The translations under genes were made by a program, and so were the position numbers. Under the pieces are notes generated by a model. The model was not told the origin of the DNA. It did not search any database and was given only the letters and a program-made list of their open reading frames with translations. This document shows, in pieces, positions 50,701 to 58,364 of a stretch of 64,000 nt of DNA. The stretch comes from a virus (lineage: Duplodnaviria > Caudoviricetes): IMG/VR virus record IMGVR_UViG_3300033463_000004, positions 128,001 to 192,000 of that record. One strand, given 5' to 3'. The stretch's first letter is position 1. Each line of letters opens with the position of its first letter.

Positions 50701-51926
50701 TCTGTTACAGAACTCAACGAATTCACATTTAAGTCTTTTAATTGAATTTGACCAATATTGGAACGAAGTTGATATTCACGCGCAGATGTTGTTGTACGTA
50801 ATACAGAATCTTCATTCGTTGGTGTACGCATTGTCGCAATTGATTTTGATGCTTGATTAATCAATTGATTTTCAACGGGATTATCACCGCCAACTTCTAG
50901 ATCTGCTGCAATACGTTTATAATTTGAAACGGTTGTTTCGTTTGGAGTGATACGATGTAACAATTGTGTGTTAATATCAAATGTCTTTGCACGATAGATA
51001 CCATCTTTTTCACTACTTCCGGCAGCAATCCCAAACTTATCTTTGATTGCCTGAATCGATGATGATAACTTAGAACGTGTCCCTGATCCACCATTTGTCG
51101 GGGTTGTATCTTGTCCATTATCGTTTTCTGATGTGTTTGCATTAATAGTATCCATCATTTCATCCAACGATTCGTCTTCGTCAATCGATGACGTTGTTCT
51201 TGGACCATTAAATGGTGAACCAATTGAATGACACATTGTATTCAGATTCTCAACATCACTTTCTGATATTGACCTGAGATCCATCTTATAATCAGCAAGG
51301 GTTGATCTGAAAATAACTGTGATATCTTGTGATGTTGGTTTACCAGAACCAGAACGATATGAACCAATCAATCCATTAATCAAATCTGATTTAACCGTTT
51401 CTTCTGAATCATAAATCTTATACCGATCCGTATTTACAATCAGAATCTTTTTCTTTGCACCGGTAAACTGCTGCATCAATGTTGACATCATTTGCGGTGC
51501 ATTTCGTTCAATATATTCTGCAGATAATGATTTCAATGATTGATTTAAATAACGCATCACATCAGACATTGAAATATATACGTCATCCTTAGACAATTTA
51601 TTGATCGGAGGTTTTACAACTTGAATGGCAGGAATCAATTTCTGTTTCATTAAATAATCAACTTTTTTCCGATATTCACTTTCGGAAATAGAATACCGTA
51701 CATTCACGGGTCCTATTTTACTATTTAAAGAATACGGAATTATAATTTTTTTAATTACACGAGGTGGCGGCATTTTCTTAATCAATTCAAGATCATATTC
51801 ATACGAACCTGATACCAAGAAAACCGCCACGTCTTCCGTATCTTTTGGAAGCGTATAAATCGAGCGTGATGCTTGAAAATTCTTTCCAGTGGAAAGATCA
51901 GTTGCTTCCTGATATAAAAAAGACAT
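47721..51926 (-). CDS. Multisubunit RNA polymerase beta-like subunit (probably the virion RNAP) with a long N-terminal extension
   Basis: STPNSANVG, IATSQTGH, 'GPLAKVAF..YATYEDAGI', IGDK..SKQVIS, 'SILKRM'; ends before the beta C-terminal clamp region; RBS AAGGAG before ATG 51926; LYQE|A near the N-terminus. Confidence 0.85.
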   Translation of the reverse strand: MSFLYQEATDLSTGKNFQASRSIYTLPKDTEDVAVFLVSGSYEYDLELIKKMPPPRVIKKIIIPYSLNSKIGPVNVRYSISESEYRKKVDYLMKQKLIPAIQVVKPPINKLSKDDVYISMSDVMRYLNQSLKSLSAEYIERNAPQMMSTLMQQFTGAKKKILIVNTDRYKIYDSEETVKSDLINGLIGSYRSGSGKPTSQDITVIFRSTLADYKMDLRSISESDVENLNTMCHSIGSPFNGPRTTSSIDEDESLDEMMDTINANTSENDNGQDTTPTNGGSGTRSKLSSSIQAIKDKFGIAAGSSEKDGIYRAKTFDINTQLLHRITPNETTVSNYKRIAADLEVGGDNPVENQLINQASKSIATMRTPTNEDSVLRTTTSAREYQLRSNIGQIQLKDLNVNSLSSVTDIPLPEPIKPAKITTLNPGAQRGTSFPKIAQAYEENMMDQDIISTFMTLQKLPEGFNVTKIDVTDISTPISLMHNWRVHLKNKRSGSQSHIDIVVPVMNNGRFLYNGSYYNIGKQDFPIPILKINKKKVILTTNYNKITVSRYDTKSLVDITMMLKAVASKNDSKGKNPYVQYGSSMVTNNRFVSTIEYDEYARRWYMFENKDANCKIIFNRDQCQRDFGFVTVGENEFCCGMVNQVPIVLNTETGLDRHGKSITEIITQYLPSDIVQLYTKGKPNKLSMYADIKIGVLIPLGVAIAAWEGMPSLLKRSGAQYKYVAPRENVPGFLKIPFKDRTLAIQNTVLNQLIFNGFYRINTRQYNSTDFETTIMDDNSVFVDIFNQLFFKQYSQRTTFITYYHFFVDAITEDVCQHYHVPNNICDMLIYAAHMLADNNFTSENNSSLYRIRSSEIIPAMIHYHLAVAISKYNNAVGSKTRDNKLVFNRMAIMNELMATETVSTSSALNPMIELHEDETITKKGYGGVNQAKAYTEAKRSFDESMIGKMAMSTPNSANVGMVRQLTVDPKVSSVRGYTVADNPSETEFNDLQLASFSELLTPGTVTHDDAIRTAIATSQTGHILPVDDAQPVLVSNGIDEIAASYLSDEFAVTAKENGQVLDIADGYMIVQYDSKQKQAIPVNSRYSFNPGSGFYVDNKLVSNFQKGDKFVKNDILAYHTKFFSKDSSGMVRMNVGPLAKVAFCGTYATYEDAGIMTNKMSKRLGTHVTMCQASKLEATDDIEKIVQVGDEIEIGDPLIVFGLGDTGDKAVDSFLNAFRDAGSSLDTAKRVVRSKHAGVVKDIRIYTNRPLDRLSPSLFEIIDKHFKDNIQKRRILDKYDKNDSVMKMGTLYSAPTQPLSGQTIKGIRCDVLVEIYIEHSDDVSIGDKCVVYAASKQVISEIVPEGLEPYGETDPDEEISMFVSAGSILKRMIPSVVLTAAANKVLINLKRQIAKTWNGQ

Positions 51927-51957
51927 ATTATCATCTCCTTGAAAGGTGGGTTTACAA

Positions 51958-52155
51958 ATGAATTCCAAACATACCTATTACCACACTTGCCCATATTGTG
52001 GTGCAAATCTTGATCCTAATGAATCATGTGACTGTCAGTATGAAGTTACAGAAAAGTCTGAGGAAAGTAAAGTGAATAATTCAGATGTATTCTCAAACAA
52101 ACGATCTTCGTTTTGTGACAATGGAAGATATCACAGGAATGAAGGAAGAACTTAA
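51958..52155 (+). CDS. Small Zn-ribbon protein
   Basis: CPYCGANLDPNESCDC; RBS GAAAGGTG. Confidence 0.6.
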   Translation: MNSKHTYYHTCPYCGANLDPNESCDCQYEVTEKSEESKVNNSDVFSNKRSSFCDNGRYHRNEGRT

Positions 52156-52345
52156 TTACGTGATATACAATACAAATCTTCCAACTGAACGACGTACAAT
52201 GCTTTTTCAAGCTTATATGTCAAAAAAATATCCACACAAATTCTCAAAACAAGAATTGGAACATTTGATGTCTTTTGACATGTTCCATTTAAAAGATTTC
52301 ATTCAAACTGCCCGGAAATATATTGGTCTTCCGGAACGTACCTAA
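52085..52345 (+). CDS. Hypothetical protein (start uncertain)
   Basis: ORF fills the gap; weak RBS. Confidence 0.4.
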   Translation: MYSQTNDLRFVTMEDITGMKEELNYVIYNTNLPTERRTMLFQAYMSKKYPHKFSKQELEHLMSFDMFHLKDFIQTARKYIGLPERT

Positions 52346-52353
52346 ACGTAATT

Positions 52354-52537
52354 TCAGAATGGTCAACCATGGGTATGTAAACCTCCTTTCTTAATAAAGT
52401 CTATTCGGTACCTCCTGCTTGGCAACAGAATTTCGGGTGTTCGGTCATCATAAACTTGCGTACTGGGCCACGCAAGTTATTGACCATTCTGAGAGAAGAT
52501 GATGACGGCGGGGAAACCCGCCGTCTCATTCTTTTTT
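52354..52537 (+). ncRNA. Candidate small RNA with two anti-Shine-Dalgarno motifs
   Basis: 13-bp perfect closing stem (52354-66/52480-92); ACCTCCTTTC and TACCTCCT in the loop; 9-bp hairpin at 52453-78; AAACG-N6-CA at its 5' end; GAAA-loop terminator at 52504-52537. Confidence 0.55.
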
Positions 52538-53138
52538 ATTCGTCATCATCGATAAATTCTGCACACAGCATTCCACCACTCATATTCACAAGTCGTTGAA
52601 CAGTCGATATTGATATAATCATTTTCGATCGTTCTTCCGGTGATGACTTATAGAATTTTGATACAAGTTGTGATACATTATTCACAATTGTCGGTTTTAA
52701 AGTTTCCGTCATTTTCCGTCTAATGTCAGATGGAGTTATTTTATAATATTCTAAAATATCTCCAAACATTTGAGTGAAGTTAATTGGTTCTTTGTAGAAA
52801 AACCATTCAAATGATCTTTCAAATGTATCACTATCATATCGATCCAACCACACATAGCAATATATTTTTGGTTGTTTAATATGAATAATTTCCAATACCT
52901 CTTGTAATTTTGATTGAGATATTGTATTCGTTTCAGAATTTAATAACTTCACGAGTCTGTCATTCAATGTTGTCAATTTGATTGTACCGTAATCTACGGC
53001 TTTACATAATGCTGACATCAGGATATCATTGTTGACTTTCTTGGAAAAATCAACAACTGGTTTGATATCAACGACATCATGTAACTTCTCAACAGATTCT
53101 TTTGTAATCATTGCTTTTGCTTCTTCCAAAGTCAACAT
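52536..53138 (-). CDS. Early hypothetical protein (possible HTH-like domains)
   Basis: RBS AAGGAGG; TATATAATT at 53196-53204 and a 5' hairpin GTGTCATG/CATGACAC. Confidence 0.7.
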   Translation of the reverse strand: MLTLEEAKAMITKESVEKLHDVVDIKPVVDFSKKVNNDILMSALCKAVDYGTIKLTTLNDRLVKLLNSETNTISQSKLQEVLEIIHIKQPKIYCYVWLDRYDSDTFERSFEWFFYKEPINFTQMFGDILEYYKITPSDIRRKMTETLKPTIVNNVSQLVSKFYKSSPEERSKMIISISTVQRLVNMSGGMLCAEFIDDDE

Positions 53139-53221
53139 GATTATTTTCCTCCTTTTATTTTTTGTGTCATGCGTATTATTTCACCATGACACGAAAATTA
53201 TATATTTATTAAATAATAAAA

Positions 53222-53251
53222 ATTATACGGGGGCCGAAGCCCCCGTATAAT
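53222..53251 (-). terminator. Intrinsic terminator with a C(UUCG)G loop on the minus strand
   Basis: ATTATACGGGGG-CTTCGG-CCCCCGTATAAT-TTTT. Confidence 0.85.
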
Positions 53252-53258
53252 ATTCGTA

Positions 53259-54032
53259 TTAGTATCTCGCCATATGAGATGCACTCGGATCAAGCTTGAA
53301 CATATAATCCATCTCACACAGACAGTACTCAATGATTGCTCGATTGAGACCTTCCTCTGCAGACATGGTATTACCAGCATAAGCTGCTTCAGAAACAAAC
53401 TTTGCAGAGATACGAAGAATGACAGATTCATTCGTTGATTCATCTGTTGCAACATTTGATTTTCTTTCCACAAGCTTTTCATCAAGATCAGTAAATACCG
53501 GTGCAGCATTTGATTGTGTAATGACCTTTGCAACATCATTAACAACCTTTTTAGATACGACTTCTTTGATACGTTTCCGGAGTTCATCATAGTTCTCAAT
53601 ATTCTCGAGTTCTTCTTTCAGATCCTCCGAATCGGCTGTGGTAGAATCATCCTGACGATCAACAACTTTTGACTGAACAGTCATGGTCTTTGCATCAATC
53701 TCCTGAATAATATCAGAGAGAATTGGTGAATTGAGCTTGTTACTTGCCTTGCACAGATAGTCATAGCAAGAACAACCATAATCATCATGGATGTGTTTCA
53801 TAATGGACTGATCAATCATTCCATCAAGATCCTTTGTCTCATCATGCATCATTGCACAGATGAGATCCTTAAGAACATACAGTGACAGCTTCTCACGGAA
53901 CTTACCTGCATCAAATGTGTGTGGCATATCCACACCAGGATTTTGATGAATCGTTGAGTTTACCGTGTTCGGAAACTTGTTGTTGGCGCCATCAATGATC
54001 GCATCCAACATACTTTTGATATCAGCCGGCAT
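53259..54032 (-). CDS. Hypothetical probable head/virion protein
   Basis: RBS AAGGAG; same operon as the polyprotein; TNES/VSEA motifs. Confidence 0.6.
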   Translation of the reverse strand: MPADIKSMLDAIIDGANNKFPNTVNSTIHQNPGVDMPHTFDAGKFREKLSLYVLKDLICAMMHDETKDLDGMIDQSIMKHIHDDYGCSCYDYLCKASNKLNSPILSDIIQEIDAKTMTVQSKVVDRQDDSTTADSEDLKEELENIENYDELRKRIKEVVSKKVVNDVAKVITQSNAAPVFTDLDEKLVERKSNVATDESTNESVILRISAKFVSEAAYAGNTMSAEEGLNRAIIEYCLCEMDYMFKLDPSASHMARY

Positions 54033-54053
54033 TGTATTTCACTCCTTTCATTA

Positions 54054-55712
54054 TTAATAACATTGGCTGGTGAAATCTGCTTTAGTGAAATCCTTCTTTT
54101 TCAAAGATTCTTTCGTGATAAACAGATAAGCATTGCCATTGTCACCCCAACCGATGAAATCGTCGCTCGTCAATTGAAGCAACGTGACACTGTTATTTTT
54201 GTTATATCTGGAATCTCTGATGTCGTACTGGATGAATGCTGGATATCCACCGATTTTGTCTGCTCCACATGGATAGTCCCAACGCGGGAATGCATTTGGA
54301 TACTTAAACACCAATTGAAAAACATCTTCTGCAGTATGTGTTTTGGTTGTATCGTATTCATTCCATTTCTTAGCAAAGAGCTCTTCATAGTTATTGATCT
54401 CATCGCTGGTAGAAGGATTCAATGATTCTTTCATAGTTTTGAATCCGACATGACGCAAGACCGGTGAACCTTCAAACCACGGATCTTCCAAATAATCGGG
54501 TCTGTTATATACATTATCAGAAACCTGGTCAGCAATCGAAGGTTTTTTTGTATCTGAATAATACAAGACCTTCGATTCTTGTCCACCTTTTCTAAGGGGT
54601 CCCAACCATAATTGCAGAATACCACTTGTAGGAAGATCCGGTATCGCTCTAGGAACATCTGCGAGATTGATTTGGATTATGAATCTCATCTCTTTACCGT
54701 CGGATGTTTTTGGGATCACTGGAGCATATACAGGTTTTCCATACGCGCAGGAATCGTCAGGTTTCGGATTTTGTAAAGCATGGAAATCTGTTAATACAAC
54801 AACATCTGTTTGTGTTTCTGACTTGATTTCATCAAGAATCTTTTTGAACAGAGTTCTTTCGATTGGGAAATCGGATGGGATTGATTCTTTCTTATCAGAA
54901 GTTTTTGGTTGTGGTTTGGCTCCAGGGAATTTTTTATTGGCATTTTCTTTTGCCTTTTCCCACATCTTACTGAAGAATCCTTCTTGAATCATACCATTGT
55001 CATTGATGTAACGTTTATACATTGACTTGACATATTCTTCGAAGGTTCCATTAAATTCTTTTTCACCCTTTGTGTCGTAAACATATACTGAGTTTTTATA
55101 GTATAACAAAGCATCATCGTGTTGTATTACACCAAACACGAGTTCGCCATCCGTATACATTTCGTCATCATCAGATTTTGTATACCACGCGACAGTCTCA
55201 GCATCTGCGAAGAAATAATACGTTTCGTAACCATCTTCATCTTTTACTTCGAATTCGCTGGCTTTTACAAGTGCTTGATATTCCTTTGATTTGAATACCT
55301 TAACAAACTCAGCTGGAAGTTTTCTACCGAGCCACGTTTCAATGTACTCGACATCATCAGGTTCAGGTCTCGTAAGAACTTTTTCAAGTTCGGCGAATGT
55401 TGATGCAAGCTCATGTGTCTTTGTACCATTTCTGAGCATATAAGACTTTGACGCAATATCATAATAGATAGAAGCGTCATTAGAACATTCGAACAGAGGA
55501 ATTTGTGTTCGAATAATGTTCATTTTAAGCAACATCTTAGCTTGCCAGATACGGGTGACAATATAGATAGTATTGTCTATTTTGACAAACTTTCCACGCC
55601 ATCCATATCCATTTCTTGCGTTGTTAACAAGAAACTTTTTAAGATCGTCTGGTAATGGTCCTGACATTTTTTCAATTTTTGAGACAGTCTTATTCGCCAT
55701 CAACTGGCTCAA
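54054..55712 (-). CDS. Two SMI1/KNR4(SUKH)-like domains plus DUF1963/YwqG; probably the -1 frameshift extension of 55709..58108
   Basis: 'VSKIEKMSGPLPDDLKKFL...LASTFAEL', 'DDVEYIETWLGRKLPAEF...GTFEEYV', 'KIGGYPAFIQ...LLQL...WGDNGNAYLFI..ESLKKKDF...QCY'; no RBS of its own. Confidence 0.75.
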   Translation of the reverse strand: MSQLMANKTVSKIEKMSGPLPDDLKKFLVNNARNGYGWRGKFVKIDNTIYIVTRIWQAKMLLKMNIIRTQIPLFECSNDASIYYDIASKSYMLRNGTKTHELASTFAELEKVLTRPEPDDVEYIETWLGRKLPAEFVKVFKSKEYQALVKASEFEVKDEDGYETYYFFADAETVAWYTKSDDDEMYTDGELVFGVIQHDDALLYYKNSVYVYDTKGEKEFNGTFEEYVKSMYKRYINDNGMIQEGFFSKMWEKAKENANKKFPGAKPQPKTSDKKESIPSDFPIERTLFKKILDEIKSETQTDVVVLTDFHALQNPKPDDSCAYGKPVYAPVIPKTSDGKEMRFIIQINLADVPRAIPDLPTSGILQLWLGPLRKGGQESKVLYYSDTKKPSIADQVSDNVYNRPDYLEDPWFEGSPVLRHVGFKTMKESLNPSTSDEINNYEELFAKKWNEYDTTKTHTAEDVFQLVFKYPNAFPRWDYPCGADKIGGYPAFIQYDIRDSRYNKNNSVTLLQLTSDDFIGWGDNGNAYLFITKESLKKKDFTKADFTSQCY

Positions 55713-58108
55713 ATTTGAAAAAAACCTTCTTGAACATTTGATGTCAACTTGCTTTTGAATTTAGACCATGATTTCGCAATGACAACTTTTTCCGAATTCA
55801 TCTTGTCAAGGAAGAATACATCATTCGATTTGAGATCAAAGAATAACGTAAATTGATCACCCGATTCAATAGATTCAGCTGTGCCAATTTGGATTTTCGT
55901 ACAGGGATACTTTTCGAACGTTGCGATATCCTCATCAACAGAAGTCTGTTTTCCGTTGTTAATCACAGCAATCATATGTCTTGCGTCTTCATCATAATAT
56001 TCAGACCAGTCAGCAAGATGTATGTCGACAATCAAATCACTAATCAAATCACTAATACCGGATGCAGAATATTTAAATTCCCCATCACAGTTACTATTGC
56101 CTTGTTCAGATGCTTTCACATCATCCCTGAAATCAGCAGGCATGTGATCTTCGGCATATTTATAAATAGCCGATCTCAGTCTACTTCTTTCATCAACTGA
56201 TTCTTGAACAGGTTTACCCATCTTTGCTTCAACCATCTTCAGAACACCGGTTGCTTCTGAAACAAATGCTTGAATCATTCTCTTGACAGTCATGATACTT
56301 CCCTGATCGATATCTGCACGAAGCATCTTAATCAGATCAGACAGACAATGATTCAGTTTTAAGAGTTGATTGCGTTCAGTTTCATTAAAACTTTTTGTCA
56401 TTTTAGAAGCATGATGGACTACACGATTGAGCTTCCATCCTTCTTTCTTGAATTCAGAACAAATTTGCTCAATCTCCATATCGGAGCTATTCAATATGCC
56501 GAGCGCTTTTCTGAGGTGAATATCCAGCTCCTTATTAATATTACCTCTTGTCAGAAAAAAAGCTTCTTGCTCCACATTATCAACCGGCGGAACATCGGAA
56601 TCAACAGGTGGTTGAACATTTGTATCAGAACTCTGTAAGAATTCTTTCAGTTTTTCCATTGGCATGCTCTTCATCTTTTCTTGTGCTTGTGCAAGAATTT
56701 CATCCATTGACATATTATCAAAGTCAACATCAGAAGTTTCTGCTGGCATGTCATCAACTGCAGGAGCAGCTTCATCTCCACCGCCGAGTTCTGCATTCAA
56801 CTCATCTTCGGTCGGAGCTTCGTCTCCACCCAGATCTGCATCAACACCATCGATATTTACATCGTTCTCAGCATTTGCATCATTCTGGGTTTCATCTGCA
56901 ACCTTCTCTGCGATTTGGTCAGATACATTATTCGTATCGACGACTTCTTTGTTCTCACCATCTGCAGGAGTTTCGGTTCCAGTATCACCTTCAACAGGTG
57001 CTTCGGTTCCTTCTGCAGGCGGAGCAGCTGTTGTATCATCACCAGCAGGTTGTTCCATACCATCTGCTGGAGGAGCATCAAATGATACTGCTGGAGCATC
57101 AGGATTTGCAGCAGGTGCTTCATCAGGATTACCGAAATCAATTGCTTCTTGAACAAACCGACTCGGTGCACGATAACCTGATGCGATCATTGCAGCTTCC
57201 TGCTGAATTGCAACGCTCTTTGTCATTGTGTAAATATGAGGAATATCCATTGTTGTTACAGTGGATTCACCACCTTTAATAGGTTGACTCCATTCAACAA
57301 ATGACTTTTCACCGGTACTGTCGATTTCAAACTCAACGACAACTGCCAATTTGTCAGCTGGCTCTTTTGGAACCGTAATACCGACAGGAGTGATCTTATC
57401 CCACAATGCATCAGAAGTCTGTGCGTCAACCTTTGGACCGAACTGAGTGAATGCAGCCTCCTGAATTGCTTCAATGCCATTTTGACGGAATGCGATAACA
57501 CTGTCAAGTTGCTTCTTTAGAATCGTACGATTCTGTGCAGCCTCGAAGTTAACATCGAGCTTAACAGAATAATCTTTTCCATACAATGTACCACATTCCA
57601 TGACAATCTTCGAAGGAACACGATCATCATGAAGTTCAACTCGATCAAAACCGAACAAACCTTCCTGAATGCAGTAATTTTTGTATGCTGCAAACTGCTC
57701 TCTGGCAATTCCCTCAACACGATTTGCAAATTCCTCGTCAGATTCGCGTTGATACTGCATCGTAGTATTATACGCTTCCTGATAGAAATCATTCATTGTT
57801 TTCATTCTGGTGTAATCTGTATCAGACTCCTGAACATTTGCATCACCAGGAACATTCGTGACACGACCGTCAAGAAGATTCATCTCAACAGCAGTGATTT
57901 CAATATCATCTTCCAAAGGAATATCAATCTTAGTGAACGGACGAGAGCTACCTGCTTCAGTTCCTTCGACACTCAGATCATCCAGCTCTTGGAAGAGATG
58001 CGCACATTCCAGAATTGCTTCATTCATTTGTGCTTCTTCATTTACAGCTTCAAAAGCTTTTGCTTCTTCTTGGCGAGCTTTAAGCTGCTGGCTGATGTAA
58101 TCAAGCAT
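55709..58108 (-). CDS. Acidic probable internal head polyprotein with many QE sites and a C-terminal SUKH-like domain
   Basis: VQES, YQEA, IQEG, QQEA, VQEA, EQEA, VQES, VQEG; Asp/Ala/Pro-rich linker; 'HMPADF...LFFDL..NDVFFLD...VIAKSWSKF'; RBS AAGGAG before ATG 58108. Confidence 0.7.
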   Translation of the reverse strand: MLDYISQQLKARQEEAKAFEAVNEEAQMNEAILECAHLFQELDDLSVEGTEAGSSRPFTKIDIPLEDDIEITAVEMNLLDGRVTNVPGDANVQESDTDYTRMKTMNDFYQEAYNTTMQYQRESDEEFANRVEGIAREQFAAYKNYCIQEGLFGFDRVELHDDRVPSKIVMECGTLYGKDYSVKLDVNFEAAQNRTILKKQLDSVIAFRQNGIEAIQEAAFTQFGPKVDAQTSDALWDKITPVGITVPKEPADKLAVVVEFEIDSTGEKSFVEWSQPIKGGESTVTTMDIPHIYTMTKSVAIQQEAAMIASGYRAPSRFVQEAIDFGNPDEAPAANPDAPAVSFDAPPADGMEQPAGDDTTAAPPAEGTEAPVEGDTGTETPADGENKEVVDTNNVSDQIAEKVADETQNDANAENDVNIDGVDADLGGDEAPTEDELNAELGGGDEAAPAVDDMPAETSDVDFDNMSMDEILAQAQEKMKSMPMEKLKEFLQSSDTNVQPPVDSDVPPVDNVEQEAFFLTRGNINKELDIHLRKALGILNSSDMEIEQICSEFKKEGWKLNRVVHHASKMTKSFNETERNQLLKLNHCLSDLIKMLRADIDQGSIMTVKRMIQAFVSEATGVLKMVEAKMGKPVQESVDERSRLRSAIYKYAEDHMPADFRDDVKASEQGNSNCDGEFKYSASGISDLISDLIVDIHLADWSEYYDEDARHMIAVINNGKQTSVDEDIATFEKYPCTKIQIGTAESIESGDQFTLFFDLKSNDVFFLDKMNSEKVVIAKSWSKFKSKLTSNVQEGFFQI

Positions 58109-58189
58109 AATGAAATTCTCCTTTACAAATTTTTTTATAAATAGAGACACATATCGTTTTCATGTGTGGCGATATGTTATCTCTATTTA

Positions 58190-58336
58190 TTATAGTATGA
58201 CACCAAATGTTTCAAGAAAAATCTCTGAAACCATTTCTGGTGTTAACTCTGAAATACCAACGTCTTCTAATTCAAGATCACCTTCAAGTGTGGTCCCGTT
58301 GATAGAAGGTTTGTTTTCAAGTTCATTATAATCCAT
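58190..58336 (-). CDS. 48-aa protein (YNELENKPSINGTTLEGD fibre-type motif)
   Basis: RBS GGAGG before ATG 58336; motif common in Firmicute phage fibre proteins. Confidence 0.6.
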   Translation of the reverse strand: MDYNELENKPSINGTTLEGDLELEDVGISELTPEMVSEIFLETFGVIL

Positions 58337-58364
58337 AGGCCACCTCCAGAAAGGAATGAATAAT

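Noticed and set aside
56548-58144. Long + strand ORFs (243, 162 and 171 aa)
   Set aside because: Antisense shadows of the low-complexity acidic head protein; no RBS.
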